Assembly (NCBI RefSeq): GCF_002571385.2
Contig: NW_019217824.1
Span: 665,238-729,237 of the forward strand
Direction of reading: 5' to 3'
Length of the DNA stretch: 64,000 nucleotides
DNA from: Stylophora pistillata
Lineage: Eukaryota
Positions 13,201 to 26,797 of this stretch are shown in pieces (positions within the stretch are counted from its first letter, which is position 1; every line of letters begins with the position of its first letter). Under the pieces are notes generated by a model that did not search any database, was not told the origin of the DNA, and worked only from the letters and a program-made list of their open reading frames with translations. The position numbers were made by a program, and so were the translations under genes.

Positions 13201-16200
13201 TAAAAGTCGCACGATACACTCTACCATCAAGAGATTATAAACCATATTCTTTTGTTACCATGCAAATGCAAACTGAACCAATCTCAACTTCTTCACCTGT
13301 ACTTTATGTAGCTTGCAGAGTTTTGGTGGATTTTTTATTGGTTCATTGTAATACTTACGTTTGTTTTGTTTTTCTGGCATTTGTTTTGATTTTCAAGACA
13401 CTCAACTAAAAAGCGCTTTAGTGGTTACAGATTGTTTGACTGTACCTTGCAGGGAAGGCTGAATTGCTAAAGAACTGATTCAGCAACTCGTTGACGGCTG
13501 CGTGATTGGGTGTGTGTTGTGTATCAGGTATAAACGATCTCCACTTGTCAATGTCCGGTATGTGACGTAAAATCCACTGAACCACAAACGGAGTCGGTGA
13601 TCGATTCTTAGCAACTTCAGATATAACCTGGCCAAGGAGAGTACGAATTTCTTCAATAATTATCATGAATATAATTACCCATGTGATTCGAAAGATTTTC
13701 AGCTCTATTTCTCGCTATGATCCCCCTGTGCAACCTTGGTGATTACAGCAAGAGCGTTCACCTTTTCGAATTGAACTGGCCGCAAATGGCTTCCTGTTAG
13801 ATATTTAAAGCCTATTGAACACTTTCTTACAAACGAATTTTGACACGGCCACAACATATTATCTCCTCTCATTGAGTTTTTGCTTTGTCATGCATAGTTT
13901 ACNNNNNNNNNNNTCAATGTTGGTCTGCAAGATGACATGGACCCATTGGCAACTGATAACATTGGTAGGGGAAAGGGGTGAAAGAGCGTCATAGACGTTC
14001 TTCTGGGAAACTGTCCGAACTAATTATGTCTGCGAGTGTAGAGGCCACATTCTTGACGCAAGACAAGTTGAAGGCAAAGAAATAAACTACAATTTACGTT
14101 TTTGCTCTAATAATCATCTGAACATTAATTATTATACCAAGACATTTATTCGCTTCGCGCTCAGTCGATATTGTTGAATAGTCCCCTTCGTCTCGGGCAT
14201 CATTCAAATTTGCCTTCGGTGAACACTTGTTAATAATAAAAGAGCAGTAAAAAAGGATGAGAAAGTAGCTAGTCTTAAACCTACCTTCGAGCCATACACT
14301 TGTCCAATATGACACAATAACAAAAAAGACGTGTTAAATAGCTCCCCTCTGATGCTTCCTTTTTTAACTGCAACGAATTAATGTTTTAATTAAACTGACC
14401 GGAGATAATCAAGTTTTTTTCAGATCAGGAAAATCATTTACAAGCCACACTGATAGAGCATGACTGATTAGCAAGGTTTATACTTGAGAAAAAGAAAATC
14501 AACTCAATACATTTTTTATCCTCACTCACCGTCCTCTTTTTCTGTAGCAGGGCGAAGAGTTTGTTCTGTAACTCTATAATACAAAATAGTTCAAGCAGTT
14601 ACCAAGAGTACTTTTTCAAAACCAAAGCTTACTGTTCTAGGTGTTTAACATTAGAGTTACATTAAATGAAACTTGAACATATAGTTAACTGCCATGAGCT
14701 CAGCAGTTGTTTCTAGTCAGTCGTCAATCTCACAAGTGCAAGCTTACTTGGAAAGACACAACTTAATTACAGCTGTGATCTCTAGGTTAACAAGCGATTT
14801 GGTGACCGCCCTTTTCAGAAGCACTGAGCAGTTTTGTACAAGTTTTTCCAAGTGTTCACCCTGATCCTCTTTTTTCCCTTGCTGAACTAATCAGTTTTAA
14901 TGGGTGCCTGGAATGTGGGCTTATGACTGACTTTGAAGGTATTTCCAGCCATGGGGTGGTATTCTAGCTTAAGGCTGGCTAGACAGAAAGGAAGCCCCTA
15001 GATACTCAAGCATTCACCTTTCATTTTCAAAGACTAAAGAGGGAATGAATAGTCAACTGTTTATTAAACACACAGGAAGACCAAGACTTGCTTGTCATGA
15101 CCAACACATACTGATTGTAGTTAAAACAACAACAACAACCACCATACTACACTTAACTTCACTACACCTAGGAGCAAGTCTTGTTAGAACACAGTGTGAA
15201 ACCATTAGAGCAGATCAGCAATTTGTGACTCCAAAGGAGGTGTGATTGCGTCCTGAGGCAATATTTGTTTACATCTGACACTAAGATGAACTCTCCATTT
15301 TAAGCAAACCTCATGTTCAAAGAAGATGTTATTTATTGAATGACACAGGCATACTCAGAGTAAAAGAACTCAGAGTGCTTACTGAATGATGTCTTCTTTC
15401 ACTTAAACACCAGGGCCCAGTTGAATAAAGGGCAGATAATGCTATCCAATGGATAAATTGCTATCCAGCAGATAAGTGATAGAAACGCATACTGCACTTT
15501 CCACCGGATAAAGATTTGTCAACTGGATAGCATCATCCAACCTTCGAACAACTGGGACCAGGCTTAAAAATTGACCATCTTCATTTACATAATCAAACCT
15601 TATGTTGTTTAGTAACTTGCTGAGGCAAAGCATCAAAACATCCTTACTTGACAAGGCCGTTTATAAGGTTTGGAAGTTTTCCCACACTTGCTGCAGCAAC
15701 CGTCATCCATCTAAATTTCTCCACATTTAACAGAGGGTTAAGGAATTTCTCATCTCTGCTGCTAAGATCAGATTCCAAAGCCTGAAATAAAGAAACAACA
15801 TCATTTTGGAATTGAACAGAATCATGCAAACTGTTCACTGCACATGTACTGACTAAGCTGGTGATAATCATTTAAGACTATGACATTGATAAAAAAAAAA
15901 AAAAAAACATGTTTAAAGTGATAACAGTGAAATCAAGATGAAAAATTCATTTCAAAAATACAGGTCAAGACAATACAAACAGGGCATTGGGACTCAGTTA
16001 AGGGAGTGCCCTCATAACATAGGTGAAAATTACAGTAATCAAACAAAAAAATTGCAGGACTTTGCAATTGACCCTTTAATACAGGGTGACTGCATAATGT
16101 GTTTCCACTTAAAAAAGGTGCAACTATATCTCCACTGAAATAGTTGTATACTTAGGTGATTGGGTTTTTATGAAACTCACCATGATTATTTCCATTATTT

Positions 16201-19200
16201 TGCTTTCTGCAATACGAATACAAACAGACAACATTAACTTTGTTTCACCACATCATGAAGAAAAATGATGGCAAAAGGAAATGGGGAGCACATCAGAAGC
16301 TGAAACAATCCAACAAAAACTGCTTTGTTTAATACACAAACCTTCATCTTGGACCTGCTGGGCTGGATGATTATAAGATGCTTGAATACTTAACAAGTGT
16401 TGTACTTCATCTGACAAGAGTCTAAAAAGTAAAATGAGGTGATGATAAGTTTTGCAGATTGTTATCGTAACAGAAAAGGGAATAATCCGACAAAACAGGT
16501 GTCTGGAACCCCTTTGCACATATCTCAACTACTGAAATGTAAAATAACACAACATGCAAACTTCTGAGTGGAGATGAAAATGAATGGTTGGATGCATGTA
16601 ACTAACCAGTGTCTGCCACACATAAATGTCACAAAAGCATCAAAACTTTATTCCAAGTCTATTATGCTAGCACAAAATATAAAGACAGTTCTTTGCACTC
16701 TAAATACAAAAAACAGGCTGTATCATAGGCTTCCAGTGAGGATTATCAGAATTGGCGTCAAAAGAAGAAATGTTGAGAGTAAAACAAATGAAATCAAAGC
16801 ATTTTCTTTTTGTTCAAATGATACGGCAACCTGTTTACAACCACAGAAAGACCTGGAGGGATAAGATGAAATTCTGACAAAGACCAGAAACAAACCTTTG
16901 AGAGATGAGCTGTCCAATCCTATCAACCACCTGTTGATTGAGGTCTTTGCAGTACTGCAGGATTAATTCTTTGTAACAGTTACATCTGCAAGGCATTGGG
17001 TAGTAATCAAAGATTGGCATAAAATTAACCAGTCATGTAAGAAACTTCTTTCTAAAATGGCCCTCTACATGTATATAAAACATTTATTTTTTTTATTTAG
17101 TTTGTAAATAGAAAAAAGATGGTAAGTTTGGAGCTCAGTAAAGAAATAGAGAAAGATGTTTTCATCTTGTCACGAGCGTAGAACAAAGAAAAAATTCTGG
17201 GTCCCCACGAGGAATTAAACCTCAGACCTTTGGATTCCATGCTCCAATGCTCTACCACTAAGCCACAGAGCTTTTATCATGAGCAATGCCCATTATGAAG
17301 TTCATGTATGAATACACATTCATAACTGTTTTGACAAGACGAAAACATCTGATTGTAAAAAAGAAATGGCTCTTTCTGGCTAGTAAAATACTATATATAG
17401 AGCTGATTCTATAGTAATCTGAGCATGTATACTAGGATATTAACTAATGACAGTCTTAATTAAAGAAGTACATTGTTTTATAACCTGCACTTCTTGTCAG
17501 CATCATCCAGCAAGGGAGCAAACTGTAGCAGTTGTTGAAAGGCAGTATGTGCAGCAGAGTGTTCCACAGGACTGGGCTGAAGTTGAATGGGAGGCTGAGA
17601 TCTAGACTCCAACAGGCGAATCACCATGGGGACCTACAAGCAGGTACAGTGTATCAGTAGTTAAGAAGAAAGAAAATCTCAGAAAATAGAAACACCAGGG
17701 TTAGTGGGGGCTAATCAACCTCTTCTCATAGAGTCTACCACAAATTTGTACAAGAACCTCTCTTATAGAATTTTAAATTTCATCTGAAGAAAAAAATGTG
17801 GTAGAAGCCACATGGCCATCAAGAAATTTCCCCCACTGACCTTCAGGAATAAAAACCCTGTCCACAGTATCATTTCCATTGATTTCTCAGGAGCTCCTAG
17901 CAGGCCAACTAAGGCTGATCTCAGAAATTCCAAGTATAGCTGATGCCTAGCAACATTCTATAAAAAAACAAAATTATATTGGACATTGGTAATATTCAAA
18001 CCACATTAACTTCAACAATTTTCTTTCAGAAATGAACTTGTCACAGGAAATTGGCAGAATTTACTTGAATAAAGGCTGATAGTTTCTAAAGAAACTGTTT
18101 GGGACTGCGTCGGTGGGGGTAACAAAATAATTTCAATATATCAACAAAGTTGAAATGGTAAATTGGCCACCGTTACAATTATAAAAGCTGATGTTTCAAT
18201 ATATCAACAAAGTTGATATATTGAAAGAATTTACTTGAGGTCACCTTCCTGTAAAATATCATATCATACTCCAACAGGTTTACTGGAAAGGTGACATAAG
18301 TGAAGGCAAGAAACAGGGCTATCAAATGGCTAAAATGACTCACAAAAATTTTTACAACAGATAGCAGTGACCTAACTCTGACAATGACTCCCACTAAGGT
18401 TGTCAAAACATCAGTCACTAAATCTGAGAACAGCCCTTCTCAGGACTTTGCACACCTGGACAGCTAGACCACTTGATAAAATATTACTCCTACAATCAAA
18501 CAAACAGCTGTGATGCAACAAAAACTTGTCAATAACTTTTTTTTGGGAAAACTAGCTGAATTAGAATCTCCCTTAAACCTTAATCAATCTCATACACAAG
18601 TGTCCTTGCTGAGTCACCCACTGAAAAATCCAAAAACTATCCAATTATGTGATTGGACAAAGGCTGACTTGTCAAGATAAGACTGGTGGCATTTTTCCAT
18701 CCAAACTAGAGGAAAAATCTTAGAAACAACACATTTTTTAAGAAAAAGTTGCAAGTGTAAATGGAGTTAAGAAAAAAGCAAATAATTTTAAATAATTTAT
18801 CATAATCAAAATTAAATAATGAGATCTAGTCTTGTACCTGAGTATGCATAGTGCTTTCCATCACATCAGCAACTTGATGTGGAGTATAAAAAGGACTCAC
18901 TACGACCTGTCAAAAACAAGTAGAAGTATAGGGTGAACAGTCATATACTCTGCTTATAGGACACAAGACCCATCATCCCAGAATTTATTCCAGTTCCAGT
19001 AGCATGAAGCCACTGGGATTATTACTGATGACCAAGTTAACAGGATGCCAGTCCATCACAGTGTTACCAGCCAGAATTATTCTGATGTTTCCTTGACAGT
19101 TTTCCCATCCTCAATTACCCATTGTTGGAGAGAGGCGCTCCTAAGTTGAAGATAACTTATTTCATTTAACTGTGAAATACACGTGCAGTGCGGAGAAAAA

Positions 19201-21691
19201 AATTGAGGTGTCTGTACCATAACATAACATAACATAACATTAATTCAGGAAGCTAGAACACTTGAATGTAAAAAATACATCCTGAAAAGGGAAAATCGTG
19301 AGGTTAGCCCTGTATAAAAACAATTTCCCTTACTAAAAACATACAAAAGATAAAATTTAAGGCTACAGATTCAGTAAATATTCAATAAATATTCAAATAA
19401 ATTATTTACATAAGCTACATAATTTGAACTTAAGTGTTCTGACCTGGAACTGAGTAATTATCTGGATAGGCATGTTAGGAACATGCCCCGGACTGATGTC
19501 ACCACTCCCTGATGAAGAATTCAAGCTCTGAAATCTTCAAATGAATACAACATTTATTAATCATCATCAATGAGTAAGAAAAACATCTATTACTCAATCT
19601 TTAGCAGTAAGAAACACTGTTAATTACCTTTACTAAAATTTAATTAATCTCTTGTTGCTGATTGGCTAATAATTGCAGGTATAAACCACAAAAGTGAATA
19701 GTGCCTTTTTCATGCACTCATTGGCTAGTTCAGAAGTGAATAACAAGAATTATTCACCTCTGAGGAGCTGATGCTCAGCAAAATTGCCCATAAAGAGTTT
19801 CATTTTGAACATTTTTCTGGCAAATTGAGAGAACTAATTTTTTGGTCTATGTGTAATTAATACTAACACAATTATTCACTTTTGTTTCCATGAAGGTGGT
19901 GGACATTAATTTTACCTCATCACTTCATGGCTTGTTAAATATCCACCACTACTCACCTCTACTTTGATGAATAATTGTTAATTATCATTAGGATAATACG
20001 GTAGTATCAGTTGATTAAATTAAATATCAATAAATTTGTTTGCACGTGATATAAAGTTTCATAACTTAACCTCTCAAATATTTCATCAACACAGAAAAAT
20101 TAGTGGGAAGGCTAACTGGATAAATAAAGGTGGACAAATATAGATTTCTTTCATAAATGACGGGCCTTATAATTGATAATAAATTTGTTTAGACATAGAA
20201 TGAATTTGCATAACCTAACATCTCCAGGGGGTAAAAAATTTGGTTAATGGAGACAAATCATTGGGGAAGCTACCTGAGTAAATGTAAGAGGACAGATATA
20301 AATCTCTTCCATTAATGGCAGGCCTAATTGCTGTTCTTTTATTGTCATGAGCCTTTCTGGCTTCAAAAGCAAGATAGTTTAAAAGTTACAATAGAATACT
20401 CACTCAAAATAAAGGCCAAGAGGGCTAATTTGCATGCATACATGTAAATGCATATCAAAATAATAATTTCATTAACCATGCCCACCATTACAGAAGAATT
20501 CTGTGACCAAAGATAAATAAAATTAAGGAAACAGGGGTAAAAGGAAACCAAGACAAAGAGAAACTATGTTTCTTAATTTGTCTCTCCTACCTGCTAAAAT
20601 TAACCATGAGTTCTTTGATGTAGAGCTGTACCTCAGGAACTACTCCATCAGGTTGGGTCATCAAAAGGTCTTTCAGATGTGCCTGCAACTGTCTGTCTAA
20701 TTCCAGTGCTGTGACTAAACAGAGATAAATATCCTTAGAGCATGATATATGTTATATGATTCACTCTCACTCAAGTACATTATGTTTAGGTAGCCTGTCA
20801 GGTAGCAATGTGTTCCCCCTTCCTCTGCCTGTCCTTCATCATGACTTCTAACCTCATATTACAAAAAATAAGAAATAACTCTGGCATGTAAATAAGGAGA
20901 AAATTCTTTTTTGTTACCTTGATCCTCCATCTTTCCCACAATAACCATAGCTCTGTAAGATGATGAACCTATGAGCTGTCCAAATGCTCTGTGGCATTTT
21001 CCAATATTAGCCGAGTGAAATGGGAGATTGATACCTCCAGACAGACGTAGAGACTACATTATTGAAAAGCACAGAAGAGGTAGTATGAAACAGATTATGT
21101 GAATTGAACAAAAACTTATCATTCCTTTTCTAACAAAGTTTGCTTATGATCCATACAATTAAAGACTTCTGAGTTAAATTCCTGAAATTTTGTACAAATT
21201 TGAGAAATGTATAATGAATAAACGCATACAGCATTTCACCTGAGTTGATAGAGAAATGTTTATATAATAAGGAAGAGACCTTTTTTCTAAAACAAGTTTA
21301 GACTGTATCTCCCCTCAAACATTAACCAGAAGGGAGGAAGATTTTAAGAATAATTAGTGTTAATAATTAGACGATATTAGAGTACCACCTTGTTTTTTAG
21401 AATTTTAAGCTTTTATTGTTTTAGACTTGTAAGTAGTAAGTAGCGATATGATTTTAGCTGGGTGCATCCTATTGATTCTCTAATTCATTAGTTATCTTAC
21501 TTAATTATTTAGACACAACCCCACAAGTGAAGTGTCGCTTTAAATACTCATCATGTATAAATAAAGATTATTGATTGATTGATTGAAATCAATACAGACA
21601 GTGTCAAATTTTTTGTTTTGTTCTAATATCACCACATCACAACTCAAGGAAATACTACAGGTATATTATGTAAATATCACATAATAAATAA

Positions 21692-21790
<99 letters not shown>

Positions 21791-21861
21791 AAGCATACGC
21801 GTCAGCTTAAAATCAAAAGGGAGCTCAAAAATCCAGTTTCTTCTTACAAAATAATAATTTT

Positions 21862-21919
<58 letters not shown>

Positions 21920-24273
21920 TATAGCCAACTCGGCGCTACGCGCCTTGTTGGCTATCTATCATCTTATATCCAACGCGCGTTCGTGAAATAATTGTTAATT
22001 ACATACAGTACACCACTCTCTACCAATGTCACATGAATGAGCATTATAAATATCTAAGGTGCTCGTGAGACTGGCACCGTCAACAGTGATGTTTCAAAGA
22101 TACAGGTATATTTTACAAACCTCTATACATAACTTGAGTAACCTTGTAGAAACAATAAGAAGCCAATACAAAATTTTGATGAAAGAAACTGCTAGCCTCA
22201 GACATTCCTCATCACTATCTGGACCACTTCGAAAAGAAAGAAAATATAGTGCTTCAATATTTTGAAAATAAACATCTTTCCTTTTTTTGTGGTTTCATCA
22301 GTAAATGGTTCCAACCTGAAGGTACTAATTAAAAGTGACAGGAAGTTTGGTATTACCACAGTTAACTCTCATAATTGTCAAAAAGCTGTGTACATTTTAT
22401 CAAGCTCAAAAGTTATCAGAGTTTAAAGTCAGAAATGACTCATTTTAAAGGTCATAGCTTTAACAACAACATGCCATATTCGTAACTTAAGAAACTACGA
22501 AGGGAAGGAAAGATTTGCCAGAAAAGTTTGCCTTTCAAAAAATCATTGCTTTTTTCATTTACCACATAAAATAAATAAATAGATAGATTAAAAATGATTA
22601 AGTTACTGATAGATCCTCTCCAAAATAGGACTATAATGATTGGTAAATCTAGATGTTATTTTGGTAGTACTTATACTGATTTTAAAGTACTTATTAATCA
22701 CACTCATTACCTTATGGTTGGAATGAAACTAAGCAGGAGATCAAGAAGAGCTGATAAGCACTTGTGTTTTATAATATTCTGAAACTAAGATAGAGTCAAA
22801 CATTTGCAATTATTCAGAAAATTTACATCACTAAAGGAAATTGTAGATGAACTTAAAGAACTTAACTAAACCCCAAATTTTTTTTTCGCTTAACGAAATA
22901 AGTGCATTTCGTAGGAGGATGTAGCAACGTGTGAAATTTGCAAGAGGGTATTACGCTTCATACATTTCTCATACAACACGCCTAGTCGGCATATTTCAGA
23001 CAATATCGATGGCAACCTTCCCAAACAGGTGAAAATGTGTGAAATGCAGACTTTCATGTTCTCAATTTGACATCACATTACCCGCTAGAACCATTCCTCT
23101 TTAAACTTGGTCATGAGCCAAGGTGCCAGCCAATTTTCCGTATTTTGACTGGGCACAGAAAATTGAAGATTTGAGCAAATAAAATAATTTTTGCACAGAA
23201 ATACTCCAAAAATACACTTATTTCGTTAAGCAAAAAAAAATTTGGGGTTTAGGTGCACTTTAAGATTTATATATTCAGTGAACTAGAATGAACACACAAT
23301 AGACAAAATCCCACGAGACTGGGAATTGTTTGTGTGATTCAAGATAGTCAGACACGTCTTTTGCTACCAAGAAGAAATTGATCTTTTAAAGAAACAAGAT
23401 CAAACAAGGAGAATGACATTCACTCTGTTAGCATTGCTTGAAATGAAGTGGTTTTTCATGTAACTTATACAACTGAGTAACAAGAATTCTTACATCAGTT
23501 TATGCACATACCTGATGAACTGCTGTCAAAGCTGATGAACATGAAATGACCTAAGAGAAAAACATACTCAGTATGTGTGTATTACGAGTAGATGATTGTA
23601 ACAATTTCAGTGTTTTCACCACATACCTTAGTGGAAATCCCATGGTTAAGATACGATAATATCAAAGTGCTTGGTGTACTGCCAAATGTAGCTTGTTGAA
23701 CAAGGCATTCTGGACAATAATGAAAAAATAAAAAACAAACAATAAGAACTAACATCAAAATAAATACGTAACATGAGTGAAAGGTCTCAATAAAATTTGA
23801 ATTAACTGTCGAGCATACAAGTTTCGAGAAAAAGGAACTTGATCAGCGAAATGAAGTCACCTTAGAACATTCGTGTCAAATTTTACATCTCCATGATATG
23901 AACTTTGAAATTCAAATGACCAGCCGATTGCTATTTTCACAAGTAATAACCGTTTTCACGCCGAAGTTACGATAAACTTAAAGACGGGGAAAAGTTAAAT
24001 ATCAATATCTTAAGAATAAAACGAGTACTGAAAGTTTAAATTCATAGTATCACATTGCAATAATTTAAATTTCAGTTTCGATCAAAACGGCGTGCAATGA
24101 CAGACGTCTCCCCTCCTCGCTTCATCAACATTTAGAAAAAACATAAAATAACCTGCCAAGTCCTGAAGTTCTTCGTTATCTTTCCCAGCCAGCTTTTTCA
24201 CTTCTACTAGCCACCGTAATGGAGACCATCTTTCCCTCCAAGCTTGAAGAAGAATCTCCGTGTTGACCACCAT
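3138..24273 (-). CDS. MED24: Mediator of RNA polymerase II transcription subunit 24, ~30 exons, ~970 aa
   Basis: GT-AG exons assembled by hand, collinear with recalled human MED24 (LQAWRERWS; LILSYL; WTGFLFLK; PLLDDADKKC; AAASVGKL; LFNTSFLLLCHIGQVYGS; LAVCACSW; MGGNEWF; GRQLCAKAL). Exons: 24273-24153, 23709-23627, 23550-23512, 22784-22711, 22226-22121, 21053-20918, 20714-20591, 19534-19444, 18906-18838, 17957-17841, 17633-17485, 16985-16896, 16421-16342, 16206-16181, 15781-15648, 14573-14530, 14367-14285, 13627-13446, 12362-12257, 8980-8868, 8660-8598, 8306-8251, 7926-7874, 7620-7498, 6417-6375, 5363-5242, 4734-4634, 4460-4381, 4011-3849, 3263-3138. Phases agree everywhere except the 4381/4011 junction (see findings). 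Confidence 0.93.
3293..3510. mobile_element. piggyBac-like TTAA-CCC MITE (related copies ~1478-1686, ~6843-6925, ~12062-12250, ~63698-63790)
   Basis: Starts TTAACCCTTTAAC, ends GTAAAAGGGTTGA; internal AATTTCTCCTTACA..ATCA motif shared with the 1478 and 63698 copies; the 6843 and 12062 copies look like a related subfamily. Confidence 0.7.
5555..5858 (+). mobile_element. Non-autonomous element with subterminal IRs and long 3' hairpin (Crypton-like or Helentron/HINE-like); decayed relatives ~19680-19985 and ~59555-59852
   Basis: ACTAAAACAGTG...CACTGTTTTAGT subterminal IR; hairpin 5746-5854 centred on GCGAAGC; short MASRFASVTSEEITQIND frame. Confidence 0.65.
5859..6152 (+). mobile_element. Second hairpin-tailed non-autonomous element
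   Basis: Imperfect hairpin ~5979-6137 (CATTTTTCCGAGCT...AGCTCGGAAAAATG) centred on GCC-GAA-GGC. Confidence 0.6.
6922..7362. repeat. Two head-to-head copies of the 21688-22001 element forming a palindrome
   Basis: Near-perfect inverted arms across 7019-7203; sequence matches the 21688-22001 copy. Confidence 0.8.
9240..9460. mobile_element. MITE with long imperfect TIRs
   Basis: TTGCCAAGCC..GGAGTGAGGCT..ACCTTGTT mirrored by AACAAGGT..AGCCTCACTCC..GGCTTGGCAA. Confidence 0.65.
9479..9680. mobile_element. Penelope-like pLTR-derived repeat (other copies ~11290-11560, ~18066-18220)
   Basis: Shared CAAAG(C/T)TGAAATGGTAAATTGGCCACCGT block in three places, inverted internal duplication, hammerhead motif. 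Confidence 0.7.
9631..9664 (+). ncRNA. Minimal type I hammerhead ribozyme motif
   Basis: GCU-CUGACGA-A-GAGC-UGAC-GCUC-GAAA-C-GUC-AGC: intact CUGANGA and GAAA core, stem II GAGC/GCUC, stem I GCU/AGC, loopless palindromic stem III; predicted cut after C9661. Confidence 0.7.
12476..12760 (+). mobile_element. Decayed L2/CR1-group LINE ORF2 C-terminal fragment
   Basis: Translates LQRVQNSTAR...*YDHITPVLRSLHRLPIEYRISFKVL...FKAIHN..HEYL, the typical L2-clade tail, with stops. Confidence 0.75.
15410..15562. mobile_element. Small MITE (possibly PIF/Harbinger-like)
   Basis: CCCAGTTG...CAACTGGG termini; internal repeated GGATA/TATCC motifs. Confidence 0.55.
17105..17350 (-). mobile_element. tRNA-derived SINE
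   Basis: Minus strand GTGGCTTAGTGGTAGAGC (A box) ... GGTTTAATTCC (decayed B box) followed by a non-tRNA body. Confidence 0.65.
20028..20330. repeat. Diverged ~150-bp tandem duplication in MED24 intron
   Basis: AATAAATTTGTTT...CATAAC.TAAC.TCTC...GGGAAG...GGACA.ATATA...GGCCT occurs twice in succession. Confidence 0.55.
21688..22001 (+). mobile_element. Third hairpin-tailed non-autonomous element (full copy)
   Basis: Hairpin 21881-21996 centred on GGCGC-TAC-GCGCC, ends AATAATTGTTAATTA; homologous to 7110-7362. Confidence 0.75.
22857..23259. mobile_element. Kolobok-type MITE in MED24 intron
   Basis: TTAA flanks (22853-56, 23260-63), AG...CT ends, ~50-bp TIR (CTAAACCCCAAATTTTTTTT..GCTTAACGAAATAAGTG). 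Confidence 0.75.
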
Positions 24274-26797
24274 TTTGAAAACCTATCCCTTAGTAACCTG
24301 GCAATGTCTAACTGTTTCATGTAAGAACGATCATACTATCACATTATGAAATTTCGTATGATTGCGAAAGTGCAGACTGTTTTACGCAGTTTATCAAACG
24401 TTATGTGAATCTGTTTTGATTTAATACGTATTTCGACGTTGCAAATTTTATGGTATCCCTTCATTTGCACAAGCAACAGAAATTGAAACACCTTTGTCAA
24501 TTCGTAACTCAAAGAGTATACGGTATGAAAACCGTTTCCAGAGCGAACAAAATACATAAACAGAAACAAATCTTTTAGTTGGTCTAAGCTTCCGCGCACT
24601 CCAGGAAACCATACCCTGTTTGGTGGCAAACATATTGTAACCTATAAGGTCAGAGTGCTCCGGAGAGACTAAAACACAGTTGAGATGCCATGACACTTCA
24701 TAGTTAAATAATGAAACAGGGACCAGAGGAAGATAACTTGGACTGACCGTTTCTGATCGCATAATTCAGAAAGAATTTTGCCCGCCTTTTTTAATCAACA
24801 AACACTGATTCCTTTTCTCCTATTTTTTGTAACAAATTGATTAAAGTTACATGCACTTTTCTGACAGGATAAGTACTTCGAATCTTTATTCATTTTCAGA
24901 TGAACCATATCCGGTCCTCAAAGCGTTAATTAACCAGAAAATCATTCCATATTGTTCAGCAGTGAACAGAACATCTGCGATCACAATGACCATAAAACGC
25001 TCAATTAATCTCGCTCTCCATTAACACTTTGCGAATCAACGACTATCTCGACCTCACCATGCACTGTTCAAAAGAATCCTTCCAACCCACTTTTCGCGCA
25101 GTTCAAACCACTATCAACAGCTGCTCAGCAGTGGTTTCGAGCTGTGAAGGCGTGTGAGAGATCAAAGCTTGTGTAAAATATTGTTTTATTGGCGAGGCAG
25201 CCATGCGACTAAACGTATACATTTTTGTCAATAGCGTACAATATAACAATGAAAAGGAGGGCTTATCCATATCAGCAAGTACAATTTGCATGCACGCAAA
25301 CATGACTCGAACTACAAACTGAGTGCGGAGATGAACTGGGAAAATTACCATTGTTCAATGGTTTATCTTTCGGCCGAAAACCCTACGGTCTCCACTTCTT
25401 TCATAGGGAAGAGTTAATTACCCATGTCCTTAAAATATGCCAATACCTTTTACAGTACCTTCGACTTCCCCTCACGTATCATTTATGCTACACTAACCAC
25501 TCAAAAATAGACAATGAACATAAAGTTCTATTTTGTCAGAGGGTCAGCTGATATGGGCCGCTTTTTCTGCTCTTTGAAGCTTAGAATGATGGGCAGTAAA
25601 TTTTCCTCTAGAAAAGCGGTTCCATTTTTTATGAAAATGATGTTTTATCCTCTTTTTCATAAAAAAACTAGCTGCAGTGTGCTGTATGTTTATGTGCTCT
25701 TGCCGTAATACCTTGTAATGTATATGAAAGCCGAGGGTACTCCGAAAACAGTGCATTTTCGATGAACAAAACACACTATGACAACAAAGATAAACTTTTT
25801 TTTGGCAATTTGTTTGTAAATAGAACTGTGTCGAACCTGTATGATATTGCGATGCGCTCTCATATGAAGTACCTCACGGCGCCGCAACACACCACCCATA
25901 TAGCTAAAGGTTATTTTTGGAAACGTTTTTCATCTCCTTCATTTTTTCTATTGAAAACATCTGAAAGGCTTTATCACGATAATTCGCTCGCTTAAGAAAA
26001 GCAAATAAATAAACAATACAATATTTGAGTTCATCAAAACATTTCGTCATATCTTTGGCTCTAGAGGACTGTGATTCTTCGAATCGGGTGACTTACGAGA
26101 AGTCTGAGAGGAAACCCTCCACATACTTTCATTAAACGTTGCGTGTTCGGCAACTCAAACGCTGTATCATTATTTCAAGAATGAGTCACATATCCTTAAG
26201 ATGTCTAGTAATACGCAAATACTAAGTGAGTGCATTCGTGGGAACTTTACAAATACGAACATTTGATACCTCAAGGGCTTGCGCAGATAAAAATATTGCC
26301 CGACAGAATGTTTATTCGTTTTAACAACAAAACAAAAGAGAAAAACCGCCCCAACAAAGGAGATTTATTTACCGCGTTTGGCCACCTGTTGCTATTCACA
26401 ATACCACCAGCCAATGAAATCTCGTCAGTTCTATTTTTATCCAATCACCGCTACTTACTGCCATCTTTTCAAAGCCTACACGTGGAAACACGATGCAGCT
26501 GACCGCAGATCACAGCCATTGTTATGCTACATCCGTAACAATGGCACTCGTTACAATACATGTCAACGATACTGGGGCGCGAAACACGCGTCAGCCACAC
26601 GGGTAACAATAACATAGGACAAAAATGTCTTCTGTTTTGACATGGCGCCGAAAATGAAAGTTTAGGCTCTAGGTAACCACAAGTAATGAGCCTAATTTGA
26701 ATTTCATATTCTTTCAAAGAAGATCAGCTTTTATTTACATGTCTTTTCTTTTGATAAGGCTTTTATTTTAAATTACCTGCCCCGAAAGGGCTACAGA

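Noticed and set aside
17200-17270. tRNA gene
   Set aside because: Decayed B box, no complete cloverleaf, embedded in a SINE body.
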